A stretch of DNA of 36,231 nucleotides, taken from positions 134,214 through 170,444 of the forward strand of contig JACQMJ010000004.1 of NCBI GenBank assembly GCA_016203665.1, read 5' to 3'. Made by a program: the position numbers and the translations under genes. This DNA is from Candidatus Sungiibacteriota bacterium (GTDB taxonomy: Bacteria > Patescibacteriota > Minisyncoccia > Sungbacterales > SURF-37). Shown here one piece after another: positions 25,733-34,420 of this stretch (positions are counted from its first letter, which is position 1; each line of letters starts with the position of its first letter). The notes under the pieces are model-generated. The model had not been told where the DNA came from and ran no database searches. It was given only the letters and a program-made list of their open reading frames with translations.

Positions 25733-25894
25733 TTAGGTCCTTTTAGCTTCTTTGTGTTTTGTATGTTTTCGGCACCATTTGCAATATTTGGACAGTTCTA
25801 ATTTTTTCTCAACATTCTTGAGGTTCTTCGTGGACCAGTAGTTGTAGCGCTTGCAGGCAGTGCACTGAAAGCGGATGAGATGTTCTTGAGACAT
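25733..25894 (-). CDS. rpmG: 50S ribosomal protein L33 (Zn-binding type)
   Basis: Not in the ORF track: MSQEHLIRFQCTACKRYNYWSTKNLKNVEKKLELSKYCKWCRKHTKHKEAKRT*, upstream of tRNA-Trp. Confidence 0.96.
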   Translation of the reverse strand: MSQEHLIRFQCTACKRYNYWSTKNLKNVEKKLELSKYCKWCRKHTKHKEAKRT

Positions 25895-25949
25895 GTATGG
25901 AGAGGCGGCAGAGGTGATAAAAGCCGCAAAAGCCGTAATGGATACGGCA

Positions 25950-26021
25950 AGCCGGAGGGGAGAATCGAACTCCCGGCATCAACCTTACCATGGTTGCGTT
26001 CTGCCACTGAACTACTCCGGC
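25950..26021 (-). tRNA. trnT: tRNA-Thr (GGT)
   Basis: Acceptor GCCGGAG/CTCCGGC; anticodon arm CAACC-ATGGTAA-GGTTG; TTCGATT loop. Confidence 0.93.
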
Positions 26022-26025
26022 GTCA

Positions 26026-26107
26026 TGCCTCCGGCAGGATTCGGACCTGCAAGGGTTTCCCCACACGGTTCTAAGCCGTGCGCGTATTCCAGTTCCGCCA
26101 CGGAGGC
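26026..26107 (-). tRNA. trnL: tRNA-Leu (TAG)
   Basis: Acceptor GCCTCCG/CGGAGGC-A; anticodon arm CACGG-CTTAGAA-CCGTG; long variable arm; T loop TCCGAAT. Confidence 0.92.
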
Positions 26108-26180
26108 ATTGGTGGGCGGGTGAATTTGCCATTTCACCATGAGGGCGAACCCGATGAGTATAGCCGATCGGGCTTAAAAA

Positions 26181-26399
26181 TCAACCGCCAAGAGGGCAGT
26201 TAGCGGCGATCTGATTCAGGAGCCAGGCGGCCGCAAGCGCACCGACTCCCCAGAGGGCAAGCTTACGGACGTAGCGGACCGAATCGGGGTCATCGTACCA
26301 GAGCGCGAAGAGGTAGCCGGCGCGGATGAGCGTGCCGATCGCGAGCGCAATGGCGATGATTCCGGCAATATAGAAAACCACCGGCGGAACGATACACAT
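26181..26399 (-). CDS. Small two-TM hypothetical protein
   Basis: 72 aa, two hydrophobic segments; TATAAT at 26411-26416 upstream. Confidence 0.6.
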   Translation of the reverse strand: MCIVPPVVFYIAGIIAIALAIGTLIRAGYLFALWYDDPDSVRYVRKLALWGVGALAAAWLLNQIAANCPLGG

Positions 26400-26442
26400 G
26401 TTGGATATTTATTATAGTACGCCTGCCGCTATTCCGGATACA

Positions 26443-26469
26443 GACAAGGCCCGCAAAGCGGGCCTTGTC
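26443..26469 (-). terminator. Perfect 12-bp hairpin after the pilin genes (terminator-like)
   Basis: gacaaggcccgc-aaa-gcgggccttgtc; weak U-tract. Confidence 0.6.
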
Positions 26470-26492
26470 CTCCGGGTGTCAACGCTGGTGTC

Positions 26493-26849
26493 CTAGATGT
26501 TCAGCGCACCGCATTCGCCGAATGACCTGGTTCCCCGCGTGAGGTTGATAATGATGTCATCGCCAAAAAATGCGAGCGTAGCAATGGCAAGTCCGATAAG
26601 CGCGTAGATGAGGTAGTTGCGCGCCGTTTTGACTTTTTCCTCGTTGCCGCCCTGCGTGATGAAGAGGAACGCCGCCCAGAGAAGCATGAGGACCGCTACG
26701 GCAAATACGACTCCGCTGAACGTCCGCACAATCCTGAAGAAAATTTCGCAGAGACCGCTAACAGTTTGAACCTGCGCCCACGCGACCATCGGCATGGCGG
26801 TAACCGTGGAGGCGCTTACATAAGCTAGAATTTTACGGTAGGTCATCAT
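26493..26849 (-). CDS. TrbC/VirB2-like pilin
   Basis: Signal AWA-Q; FLFITQGGNEEKVKTARNYLIYALIG. Confidence 0.85.
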   Translation of the reverse strand: MMTYRKILAYVSASTVTAMPMVAWAQVQTVSGLCEIFFRIVRTFSGVVFAVAVLMLLWAAFLFITQGGNEEKVKTARNYLIYALIGLAIATLAFFGDDIIINLTRGTRSFGECGALNI

Positions 26850-26930
26850 ACTATAGTTTAGTTGACATTTTCCGACCTTTCTATGTTACTCCCGGGAAGC
26901 TCATGATGGCAAAATCCGTTATCAACAGGG

Positions 26931-27281
26931 CTATTTCTGCCCGAGAAGGTTTTTAACTATGGCCACCGCGCCGTTGGAAAGGAGTACGATGGCAATGCCG
27001 ATCACGGCCCAGAGCAGCGTGCGATTGGCTTTTTTAAGGCGCTCGGTATCTCCGCCCGCGGTCATATAAAGGAAGCCGCCGATCAGGATCATCAGCGCGG
27101 ATATAGGAGCGAGAATGATGTTTGCGAAATTTATGACATTCCGGATGACCGTATCAAAGGTCGCTCCCTGGCCAAGCGGGTTTCCAATCGTGTTTTGCGC
27201 TTCCGCCGCCAGCGTGACCGCCAAGACAATGGCCAGGAGGCAGATACTGATAGCGAGTCGGAATTTAATTGGTGGCTGCAT
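26931..27281 (-). CDS. TrbC/VirB2-like pilin
   Basis: Signal AEA-Q; NPL; GGFLYMTAGGDTERLKKANRTLLWAVIG. Confidence 0.88.
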   Translation of the reverse strand: MQPPIKFRLAISICLLAIVLAVTLAAEAQNTIGNPLGQGATFDTVIRNVINFANIILAPISALMILIGGFLYMTAGGDTERLKKANRTLLWAVIGIAIVLLSNGAVAIVKNLLGQK

Positions 27282-27284
27282 GGG

Positions 27285-27779
27285 TTATTTAATGCCGCAC
27301 TGTCCAACCGGTATGCCGTTCCATGGCCCGAAATTTGAGCCGAGATTCTTGAAGAGCGATCCCGGCTCTCCGCCGAAGTTAAAAGAGCCGGTGAGCACTT
27401 TAATAATAGTATCCACGCCCAGCCAGGCCAGCGCAATAATTATTAGCCCGATGATGGTGGCGGTAAGCATTTTTTTGCCGAGTTTCAGGCGCTCCTCCGA
27501 CGGCCCGGCGGTAAGAATGACGAATCCGCCCGCCGCAACAAGGAGCGCCCCAGCCGGCACGGCGACGTACGTCATGAGAAAAGTCGTCAGGCGGATGGCC
27601 ATGACGCCCAAATGGCAGATGGTGCAGCCGGAGGGCGACGCCGTGATACTTTGAAACCGGCACTCGTCGGGCACGATCGGCTCCTGGGCCAATGCGGGCA
27701 GGGCAGCCGCAAGAAGGCCGAGCCCAATAAATGATAGCGCCAGTAGCTGCAGGCAGCGGTAGGACAGTAGGCTATTCAC
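27285..27779 (-). CDS. TrbC/VirB2-like pilin with Cys-containing N-terminal region
   Basis: Signal ALA-Q; IVP..C...CTICHL; GGFVILTAGPSEERLKLGKKMLTATIIG. Confidence 0.85.
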   Translation of the reverse strand: MNSLLSYRCLQLLALSFIGLGLLAAALPALAQEPIVPDECRFQSITASPSGCTICHLGVMAIRLTTFLMTYVAVPAGALLVAAGGFVILTAGPSEERLKLGKKMLTATIIGLIIIALAWLGVDTIIKVLTGSFNFGGEPGSLFKNLGSNFGPWNGIPVGQCGIK

Positions 27780-29064
27780 GTTTTTGTTCCGGTAATATGG
27801 TTTTGATTTCCTGTTTGGCGCGGTTGACCGCCTGATCGGCGCTGAAGCGCCGGCTGGCTACCGCCTCTATCATATCAGCCAAAATAGATTCCAGGGAGCC
27901 CGCCGCGAGCGGTCGGAGCCGCGCGGAGAGCACCTGGTCATAGAATGGCGCGAGGTAATCCCGCGGCGGCTTTTCGCGCACGAGATCGCGGCGGGCCGGA
28001 GGCAGGCCGGCGGCATCAATAAATGATTTTTGGATATCGCGGGATGAGAGCCAGAGGAGGAAGCGCCAGGCCTGGTCTTCGTTCCCGGACGTATGCGAAA
28101 CAACGGCAAGCTCCGTACGGCCGAACGCGACCGGCGTTTTGGCGCCGGACGCCTGCGGCAAGGGTGCGACATCAAAGTTTAGCTGGGGGTTCTGGGCGGC
28201 GACGGCCTGAATGTCGGCGGCATATCCGATTGCCATGGCCGTTTCCCCGGCGGCGAACGCCTGGAGTGAGGGCGCAAAGAAGGAATTCCAGGTATACGTC
28301 TTCTTTGTGCTCGCGGCAAAGGCAGTGTAGAAATTCAAGGCCGATAGCGTTGCCGGCCCGCTGAAATCGCCCCCGGTCATGTCGGGAGTAAGCGAGCCGC
28401 CGGCTTGGTAGATGAGAGCCGCGAGGATATCGCCGGCATGATCCACGTTTGCCGCTGTCCCCAGCGCGATTCCCGAGCGCTGGATACCTCCGACCGTAGA
28501 AAGATTGGTAAGTTTTCCTACTTGTTCCACGAGTTCATCCCAGGTCTCGGGGGGTGTAGGGATATTCGCCGCATTCAGGTAGTCCCGGTTGAAGAAGAGC
28601 GCGAGCGTATCCAGGTAAAGGGGGATGCCCCGGAGTGCCCCGGTTTCATCGGTAATAATGGCGTTTACACCATCAGCAAAAGTGCTCTTCAGGTCGCGCT
28701 GCCGGTAGCCGAGAGAGCCCGACGGCAGAGGCTTGATTTTGTCCAAATGTTCGCCGAGTGCTGAATCCGTAAGGAAAAATACGTCAGGCCCGCGGCCGGC
28801 AGCAAGGACGTTCAAGAATTCTCGCTGGTAGGTTTCAGGATCTTTTTTGACGTATTCAATGGTGGCGCCCGGCACTTCGTTGCTTTGGTAGGTGATTTCT
28901 GTGGCCCGCCAGAATTCGTCCATATTGCTGGTTCCCCAAATGGTAAGGGTGAAGGGTGCGGGCGGGCGCTCCTTCAGGCCAGGCAGCACGCCGGTCAGGA
29001 GTAGAATGGCCAGGAGCACAAGAAGGCTGATGATTCCGAAGATGATGAGTTGTGGGCGGTTCAT
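27772..29064 (-). CDS. Extracellular solute-binding protein (family 1, sugar ABC-type fold), membrane anchored
   Basis: LTIWG, AAGRGPDVF, DTLALFFNRD, PPETWDEL, FAAGETAM, VAPLPQ, AWRFL. Confidence 0.9.
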   Translation of the reverse strand: MNRPQLIIFGIISLLVLLAILLLTGVLPGLKERPPAPFTLTIWGTSNMDEFWRATEITYQSNEVPGATIEYVKKDPETYQREFLNVLAAGRGPDVFFLTDSALGEHLDKIKPLPSGSLGYRQRDLKSTFADGVNAIITDETGALRGIPLYLDTLALFFNRDYLNAANIPTPPETWDELVEQVGKLTNLSTVGGIQRSGIALGTAANVDHAGDILAALIYQAGGSLTPDMTGGDFSGPATLSALNFYTAFAASTKKTYTWNSFFAPSLQAFAAGETAMAIGYAADIQAVAAQNPQLNFDVAPLPQASGAKTPVAFGRTELAVVSHTSGNEDQAWRFLLWLSSRDIQKSFIDAAGLPPARRDLVREKPPRDYLAPFYDQVLSARLRPLAAGSLESILADMIEAVASRRFSADQAVNRAKQEIKTILPEQKRE

Positions 29065-29180
29065 CCCGTTTAGAAGCGGAGCGCGGCCAAAGGCCGCATT
29101 CTACAGAGTAATTAAAGCGTTACGCATATATGGCCTATCGCATGCCTGGTCCATTTTACGATCGCTGCTTCTAACGGGAT

Positions 29181-29771
29181 TCATTTTTTTACGAACAGCA
29201 GCCCGTAGTGATGACTGCCGGCCTCAAACTCTTTTTCGAGCTGGAATCCGACCCCCTCGGTCAGCTGCCGTACAAGGGATTTAGGCACGCGGAGGGCCGC
29301 AGGCGGTCCGGCTGGGAACGGCGTTTCATCCCATTCGAGAATAGCGAGCTTGCCGCCGGTCCGGAGCACGCGTTTGGCTTCGGCCAGTACCGCGGCTTTC
29401 TCGGCGGCCTGAAAGAGGATATTGGCTATGATGACGAAGTCCACGGCGCCCTCGGCCAGACGCGAACCGGCCGGCCGCTCAAGGTCGGCCCACACGGCCT
29501 CGATATTCAGGAGGTGCTCAAGACTGGCTTTGGAGCGGAGGAGATTAATGGCCGTCTGCTGTATGTCTATGGCGTAGACCTTGCCGCCTTCGCCGACGCG
29601 CCGGGCGGCGGGGATGGAGAAGTAACCGCTTCCGGCGCCGAAGTCCGCAACCACCATGCCCGGCCGGATATCCAGACGTCCGATTATGCCCTCGGGGTGC
29701 AGGAATCCGCCAGTTCCGGATGAAGTTGGTGCAACGGGTGAAGGTGGGAGCCTGTCGGTCATATGGATCAT
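29181..29771 (-). CDS. Class I SAM-dependent methyltransferase
   Basis: VADFGAGSGYF, VYAIDI, RVLRTGG; start overlaps the gyrA stop (TGATG). Confidence 0.9.
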   Translation of the reverse strand: MIHMTDRLPPSPVAPTSSGTGGFLHPEGIIGRLDIRPGMVVADFGAGSGYFSIPAARRVGEGGKVYAIDIQQTAINLLRSKASLEHLLNIEAVWADLERPAGSRLAEGAVDFVIIANILFQAAEKAAVLAEAKRVLRTGGKLAILEWDETPFPAGPPAALRVPKSLVRQLTEGVGFQLEKEFEAGSHHYGLLFVKK

Positions 29772-32700
29772 CAGAGTGTGGTGGTTGATGCGATGCGGTC
29801 GCCTTCTCCCAGGCGCATGATGCGCACGCCCTGCGTGGCGCGCCCGAGCGCGGGGACGTCTTTTAAGGCCGTGCGGATGACCTGGCCTTTTTGGGAGATG
29901 GCGATAAGCTCCTCCGCATCGCGGATAAGGTGCGTGGAAACGATGGCGCCGTTTTTTGCGGTGAGTTTGGCGGTTTTAATGCCCGCGCCGCCCCGCCGTT
30001 GGCGCTTATACTCCTTGACCGGTGTTTTTTTACCGAAGCCCCGATCCATGACCACGAGGAGCTGGGCGTTCGGGTCGCCTCCGCTTGCGATAACGTTTAC
30101 GCCGACGATGCGGTCCTCGCGCCGCAAGCGCATGGCCTTGACGCCGGAGGCGGCCCGCCCCATGGCGCGCGCGTCCGATTCCCGGAAGCGGATGGCCTGG
30201 CCCCGGGCCGTGACGAGGAGGAGTTCATCCTTGGGCGCGGTGAGGGCCACGCCTTTCAGGAGGTCGCCTTTCTTCAGGGTGATGGCGACAATGCCGCTCC
30301 GCCGCACGTTATCAAAGACGCGCGAATCAACTTTTTTGATCATACCATGAGCGGTGACCAGGGCGAGGTAGCGGAGATCGCCCGAAGCGGGGCGTTTGGA
30401 CTTTCTCGGGACGGCGACGATGGAGAGGATCTGCTCGTCCGGCCGGATGGATAGGAAATTAAAGATGGCCTTGCCTTTGGCCGTGCGCGACCCTTCCGGG
30501 ATTTCGTAGGTCTTGATTTGGAAGACCTTTCCGGAAGAGGTGAAGAAGAGGAGATCGTCATGGGTATTGGCCGTAAGGAAGTGCTCCACGACGTCTTCTT
30601 CTTTCGTTTCAATACCCTGGATGCCCTTGCCGCCTCGCCGCTGCAGGCGGTAGGCCTCGGGCCGCAGGCGCTTGATATAGCCGCCGCGGGTCATGATGAT
30701 GATCATTTCCTCCTCGGGAATGATGTCCTCGGTGGCGATTTCCCGGGCGGCCGTTTTTACGACCCGGGTTTTGCGCTCGTCGCCGTAGGTTTTTTTGACT
30801 GCGGCAAGTTCGCCCGTTATGACGGCCAGGATTTTTTTAGGGTCCTTTAAAATGGCATCAAGCTCGCGGGCCAGGGCCTGCTTTTCTTTCAACTCGTGTT
30901 CAATTTTTTGGCGTTCCAGGCCGGCGAGCGTGGCCAGGCGCATGTCCAGGATGGCCGCCGCCTGGGCATCAGAAAAATCAAATTTTGATTTCAGGTTCTG
31001 GTGCGCGGCCTCGCGGTCCGGTGATTTCTTGATGGTCTGGATGACGGCATCAATGTGGTCCAGGGCCTTGGTCAGGCCTTCCAGAATATGGATGCGCTCT
31101 CTCGCACGAGTGAGATCAAAGCGCGTGCGGCGGGTGACAACGGCCTGGCGGTGCTTCAGGAATTCGGCCAGCATGCCTTTCAATGGCAGGACCTGCGGCT
31201 GGATGCCGTCCACCAGCGCCAGCATGTTGACGTTGAAGTTCTTTTCGAGGTCAGTGAACTTATAGAGGCTGTTCAGCACTTTTTGCGGGAAGGCATCGGC
31301 TTTGAGGTCAATGGCGATTCGAAGCCCCTCTTTGTCCGATTCGTCGCGGAGGTCCTTGATGCCTTCTATCTTCTTTTCGCGCACCAGCTCGGCGATTTTT
31401 TCCACCAGCTCGGCCTTTACCACCTGGTACGGAATTTCGGTGATGATAATTTGTCTCACCTGTTTTTCCTCCACGACCTCGGCGGCACCGCGCGTGAGGA
31501 TGGCTCCGCGGCCGGTGGTATACGCGCTACGGATGTCGGTGGCGTTGAAAATAATGCCGCCCGTAGGGAAATCCGGCCCCTGGATTATATCGGCCAGGGC
31601 ATCCGGCGTGGCATCGGGGTGCAAAATAAGATGGAGGGCCGCGTCCACGACTTCCCCGAGGTTATGCGGCGGGATGGACGTCGCCATGCCGACGGCAATG
31701 CCCATGGAGCCGTTTATGAGCAGGTTCGGGATGCGCGCCGGGAGGACCACCGGCTCTTTTACCGTGGCGTCAAAGTTATTCCGGAAGTCCACGGTGTCCT
31801 TATCAATGTCGGCCAGCAGCTCCGCTGCGATCGGTGCCAAGCGCGCCTCGGTGTAGCGATAGGCCGCCGCGCTGTCGCCGTCGATCGAGTTGTGGACAAA
31901 TACCCCCGCAGCAAGAGCGAAGTTGTGCGTCCCATCTATAGTCAAGTCGTATACGGCCTCTCGGCCGGCGTTCAGTTCGACCCGTATCACTCGGTGATTT
32001 TTGCGCACGGCGCGCTGAACAAGTTCCGGGTTGCCCTCGAAATATTTTTTGATCCCGGTCTCCCAAAACGGTGCGTGCCCATGCTGGTCTGCGGCGTGGC
32101 GATAGTGTACCTTCCAGTGCTCTCCCCAATGCAATCTTCGGATGTTGTCCGGAGTATTGTTCAGCTTGTTGAAATCCACATGGTGACGCACCCGCCCATC
32201 GCTTTTGTTGTACCTCCGGTGGGTCAGGTTGTAGGTGTCCGCTAGATGATGTGCGGGTACCCACTCGTCTCGTCGCGGTTGGTAGATCAGCAAATATCCC
32301 TCTCGGTTCAGCCGGTCAGTTTTCTCGGAAAGCCGTTGGTATAAGGGCATCAGCGAATCTTCCGGCGTCAAATCCTTTGCTTCCTTATAGCTTCCGCCGC
32401 GCAAGAGAAAGCGGTGATTCGGAGTACATCGGATTTCTTCCCCGGTATCCAATACCACCTTGATGATCTGGGCTTCCGCTCTGGTCATTCTCGGATTTTT
32501 GATTTTAGCCACGGAAACGAGCCCCCGGGCATTGATGGTGTAGGTGTAATGCGTTCGGCCTTGCTGGTTTTCCTCCACCAGTTCTCCGAAACTCAATTTC
32601 CTGCCGTCGGCGAGCGCTACGTTCGTATCTTTTGTAAAGCAGCCGAAGTTGCCCTGCCCGTCCACCAAGGGGTAGCGCAGTGAAAAGTCTTGGGCCATGC

Positions 32701-32968
32701 GGACCATGGATTCATAGGCCGCGCTGTCGCCGTGCGGGTGGTATTGGCCGAGGACATAACCGACGACCTTGGCCGATTTTTGGTATTTCGCTCCGGGGCG
32801 CAAACCCATTTCCTGCATGGCGTAGAGGATGCGCCGGTGCACCGGCTTCAGGCCGTCGCGAACATCCGGCAGGGCGCGCGCGACAATGACGGACATGGCG
32901 TAGTCAATATAGGACTCGCGCATCTCATCCGTGATTTCGCGCTTTGCGATTTTGCCGATGTCGGTCAT
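29771..32968 (-). CDS. gyrA: DNA gyrase subunit A, intein-containing
   Basis: [42 protein letters not shown], GyrA box QRRGGKG; 814-aa extein. Confidence 0.97.
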   Translation of the reverse strand: MTDIGKIAKREITDEMRESYIDYAMSVIVARALPDVRDGLKPVHRRILYAMQEMGLRPGAKYQKSAKVVGYVLGQYHPHGDSAAYESMVRMAQDFSLRYPLVDGQGNFGCFTKDTNVALADGRKLSFGELVEENQQGRTHYTYTINARGLVSVAKIKNPRMTRAEAQIIKVVLDTGEEIRCTPNHRFLLRGGSYKEAKDLTPEDSLMPLYQRLSEKTDRLNREGYLLIYQPRRDEWVPAHHLADTYNLTHRRYNKSDGRVRHHVDFNKLNNTPDNIRRLHWGEHWKVHYRHAADQHGHAPFWETGIKKYFEGNPELVQRAVRKNHRVIRVELNAGREAVYDLTIDGTHNFALAAGVFVHNSIDGDSAAAYRYTEARLAPIAAELLADIDKDTVDFRNNFDATVKEPVVLPARIPNLLINGSMGIAVGMATSIPPHNLGEVVDAALHLILHPDATPDALADIIQGPDFPTGGIIFNATDIRSAYTTGRGAILTRGAAEVVEEKQVRQIIITEIPYQVVKAELVEKIAELVREKKIEGIKDLRDESDKEGLRIAIDLKADAFPQKVLNSLYKFTDLEKNFNVNMLALVDGIQPQVLPLKGMLAEFLKHRQAVVTRRTRFDLTRARERIHILEGLTKALDHIDAVIQTIKKSPDREAAHQNLKSKFDFSDAQAAAILDMRLATLAGLERQKIEHELKEKQALARELDAILKDPKKILAVITGELAAVKKTYGDERKTRVVKTAAREIATEDIIPEEEMIIIMTRGGYIKRLRPEAYRLQRRGGKGIQGIETKEEDVVEHFLTANTHDDLLFFTSSGKVFQIKTYEIPEGSRTAKGKAIFNFLSIRPDEQILSIVAVPRKSKRPASGDLRYLALVTAHGMIKKVDSRVFDNVRRSGIVAITLKKGDLLKGVALTAPKDELLLVTARGQAIRFRESDARAMGRAASGVKAMRLRREDRIVGVNVIASGGDPNAQLLVVMDRGFGKKTPVKEYKRQRRGGAGIKTAKLTAKNGAIVSTHLIRDAEELIAISQKGQVIRTALKDVPALGRATQGVRIMRLGEGDRIASTTTL
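31889..32641 (-). mobile_element. Intein (251 aa) with HNH-type endonuclease motif in GyrA
   Basis: GNFG|CFTKDT, block [20 protein letters not shown], block [24 protein letters not shown]|S. Removal restores DGQGNFGSIDGD. Confidence 0.95.
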
Positions 32969-32993
32969 AGGTTCGAATATTTAGGGCCGGTAT

Positions 32994-33665
32994 CTATCGC
33001 GTGAAGTATTCATAGACATCTTTTGCCGTACGCCGGAGCTCGCCAAGATTGTAGGCCATGATTGCGGTGAGGCGGTTTCCCCCGTCGGCCGCAGCAGTGG
33101 TGTCATCCGACGGCATTCCGGCCGCGCCGGGCGGAAGATTAAGCGGTACAGAGAGGAGACGCGCCGTGGAGTAGGCCGAGTAGGGCAGAGATGCCGGGGC
33201 GCCGTTAATAATCTCGGCCGGCCCCGCCGCCGCGGGGGCTTGGTGCGGGGACGTCTCAACCGGCTGCGGCGGCGCGGGGGGTGACCCAGCCGCCTTTCCG
33301 GCTTTGCCGGTTGCGCTCGGCAATCCGGAGGGCGCTTGTTCGGCCGTTTTACCGAGCTCGGAAATGAGGCGCTTCGATTCCCCGACGGCTGTGCCGAATG
33401 CTTGGCGCAGGGCCGTGAGCGGCGCTGGCGGGGAGCCGGCGTCCCCGGGAGGTGCGGGCTCCCCATTGGCGGCGAGCCGCGGGATTTCGGCACCGGCGCG
33501 CGGCGGCGATCCGGACAGGGACGAGAGGGTCCGCTCGAGGGATGAGGCCCAGAGCGCGGTGATGATGACGGCTGCGCTGATATACGTCGCGGCCGCCAGG
33601 ATGCGCCGCTCGCGTGCTGGCCGCCGCCGCAGGGAATCCAGTGCTGTTCTGATGACGTTTGCCAT
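32994..33665 (-). CDS. Hypothetical membrane-anchored Pro/Ala-rich protein
   Basis: N-terminal basic region plus TM; fits between the MBL gene and gyrA. Confidence 0.6.
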   Translation of the reverse strand: MANVIRTALDSLRRRPARERRILAAATYISAAVIITALWASSLERTLSSLSGSPPRAGAEIPRLAANGEPAPPGDAGSPPAPLTALRQAFGTAVGESKRLISELGKTAEQAPSGLPSATGKAGKAAGSPPAPPQPVETSPHQAPAAAGPAEIINGAPASLPYSAYSTARLLSVPLNLPPGAAGMPSDDTTAAADGGNRLTAIMAYNLGELRRTAKDVYEYFTR

Positions 33666-33677
33666 ATCCCGTTCCGG

Positions 33678-34319
33678 CTATGTTTTGACGAGCACGACCA
33701 CGCGGGTTTCCGTTTCAGGTAGATCCTTTCGTTTCAGCGAAAGTTTTTCCAGGCGTTCGGCATCCTTGGCGCCCGCGGCCTTCAGGAATGCTTCTACCGG
33801 GGTGAGTTTTACCTTAAGTCCCGGCAAGTGGTAATGCATGGGGATGACAAGGCGCGGTTCAATTTTGGCGACAATCTCGGCGGCCGCGTCAGCATCCACG
33901 GTGTAGGTGCCGCCGACCGGCACGAGGAGCACGTCAATGGCGCCGAGGGCCTCCAGCGTCTCCTCCCGGAGCGAACTCTCGCCGAAATCTCCGAGGTGTG
34001 CGACGGCAATGCCTTCGGTGAAGATGCGGAACACGGTGTTCGGCCCGCGCTTGATCCCGCGCTGGCTGTCGTGGAACGTCGGGATGCCCCTTACGGCGAT
34101 TCCTTTTGCCTCGTACTCCCCCGGGCCGTCAAAAATCATGGGATTGCCGGGGATGGCCGCGGTGTTGGCATGATCAAAGTGGCCATGGGTAACGAGCACG
34201 ATATCGGCGTGGAACCTGGGCGGGACAAGTCCGATGTCCTTTGAAAAAGGATCAATCGCGAGGACAGCCTCGCGAGTGTCGATCTTGAAGCAGGATTGCC
34301 CGTACCACGTGATAGTCAT
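33678..34319 (-). CDS. MBL-fold metallo-hydrolase
   Basis: ITWYGQSCF, IDPF, THGHFDH, PGEYE, HLGD, PVGG, IPMHY. Start ATG 34319 with GGAG and TGcTATACT upstream. Confidence 0.93.
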   Translation of the reverse strand: MTITWYGQSCFKIDTREAVLAIDPFSKDIGLVPPRFHADIVLVTHGHFDHANTAAIPGNPMIFDGPGEYEAKGIAVRGIPTFHDSQRGIKRGPNTVFRIFTEGIAVAHLGDFGESSLREETLEALGAIDVLLVPVGGTYTVDADAAAEIVAKIEPRLVIPMHYHLPGLKVKLTPVEAFLKAAGAKDAERLEKLSLKRKDLPETETRVVVLVKT

Positions 34320-34385
34320 AGCTCCGGATAAGCTCCAGTATAGCATGATTGCGGCCATTTCGGAAGGTTTGGCGGGCGGGGAACC

Positions 34386-34414
34386 TTGCATCGGAGTGCC
34401 CGGCCCGCTATACT
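34386..34414 (+). promoter_or_regulatory. sigma70 promoter of rpsA, probably leaderless
   Basis: TTGCAT-17 nt-TATACT-6 nt-ATG (34421). Confidence 0.7.
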
Positions 34415-34420
34415 CCCGGG

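Noticed and set aside
26119-26140. ggtgaa...ttcacc mini inverted repeat resembling the cassette arms
   Set aside because: Only 6 bp of match; too short to distinguish from chance.
31055-32245. Long + strand ORFs (also 16731-17705, 5536-6279, 2590-3297, 13840-14520)
   Set aside because: Antisense shadows of well-supported GC-rich genes, with no recognisable motifs.
32700-32745. Quinolone-resistance substitutions in GyrA
   Set aside because: [10 protein letters not shown] keeps Ser and an acidic residue at the usual positions.
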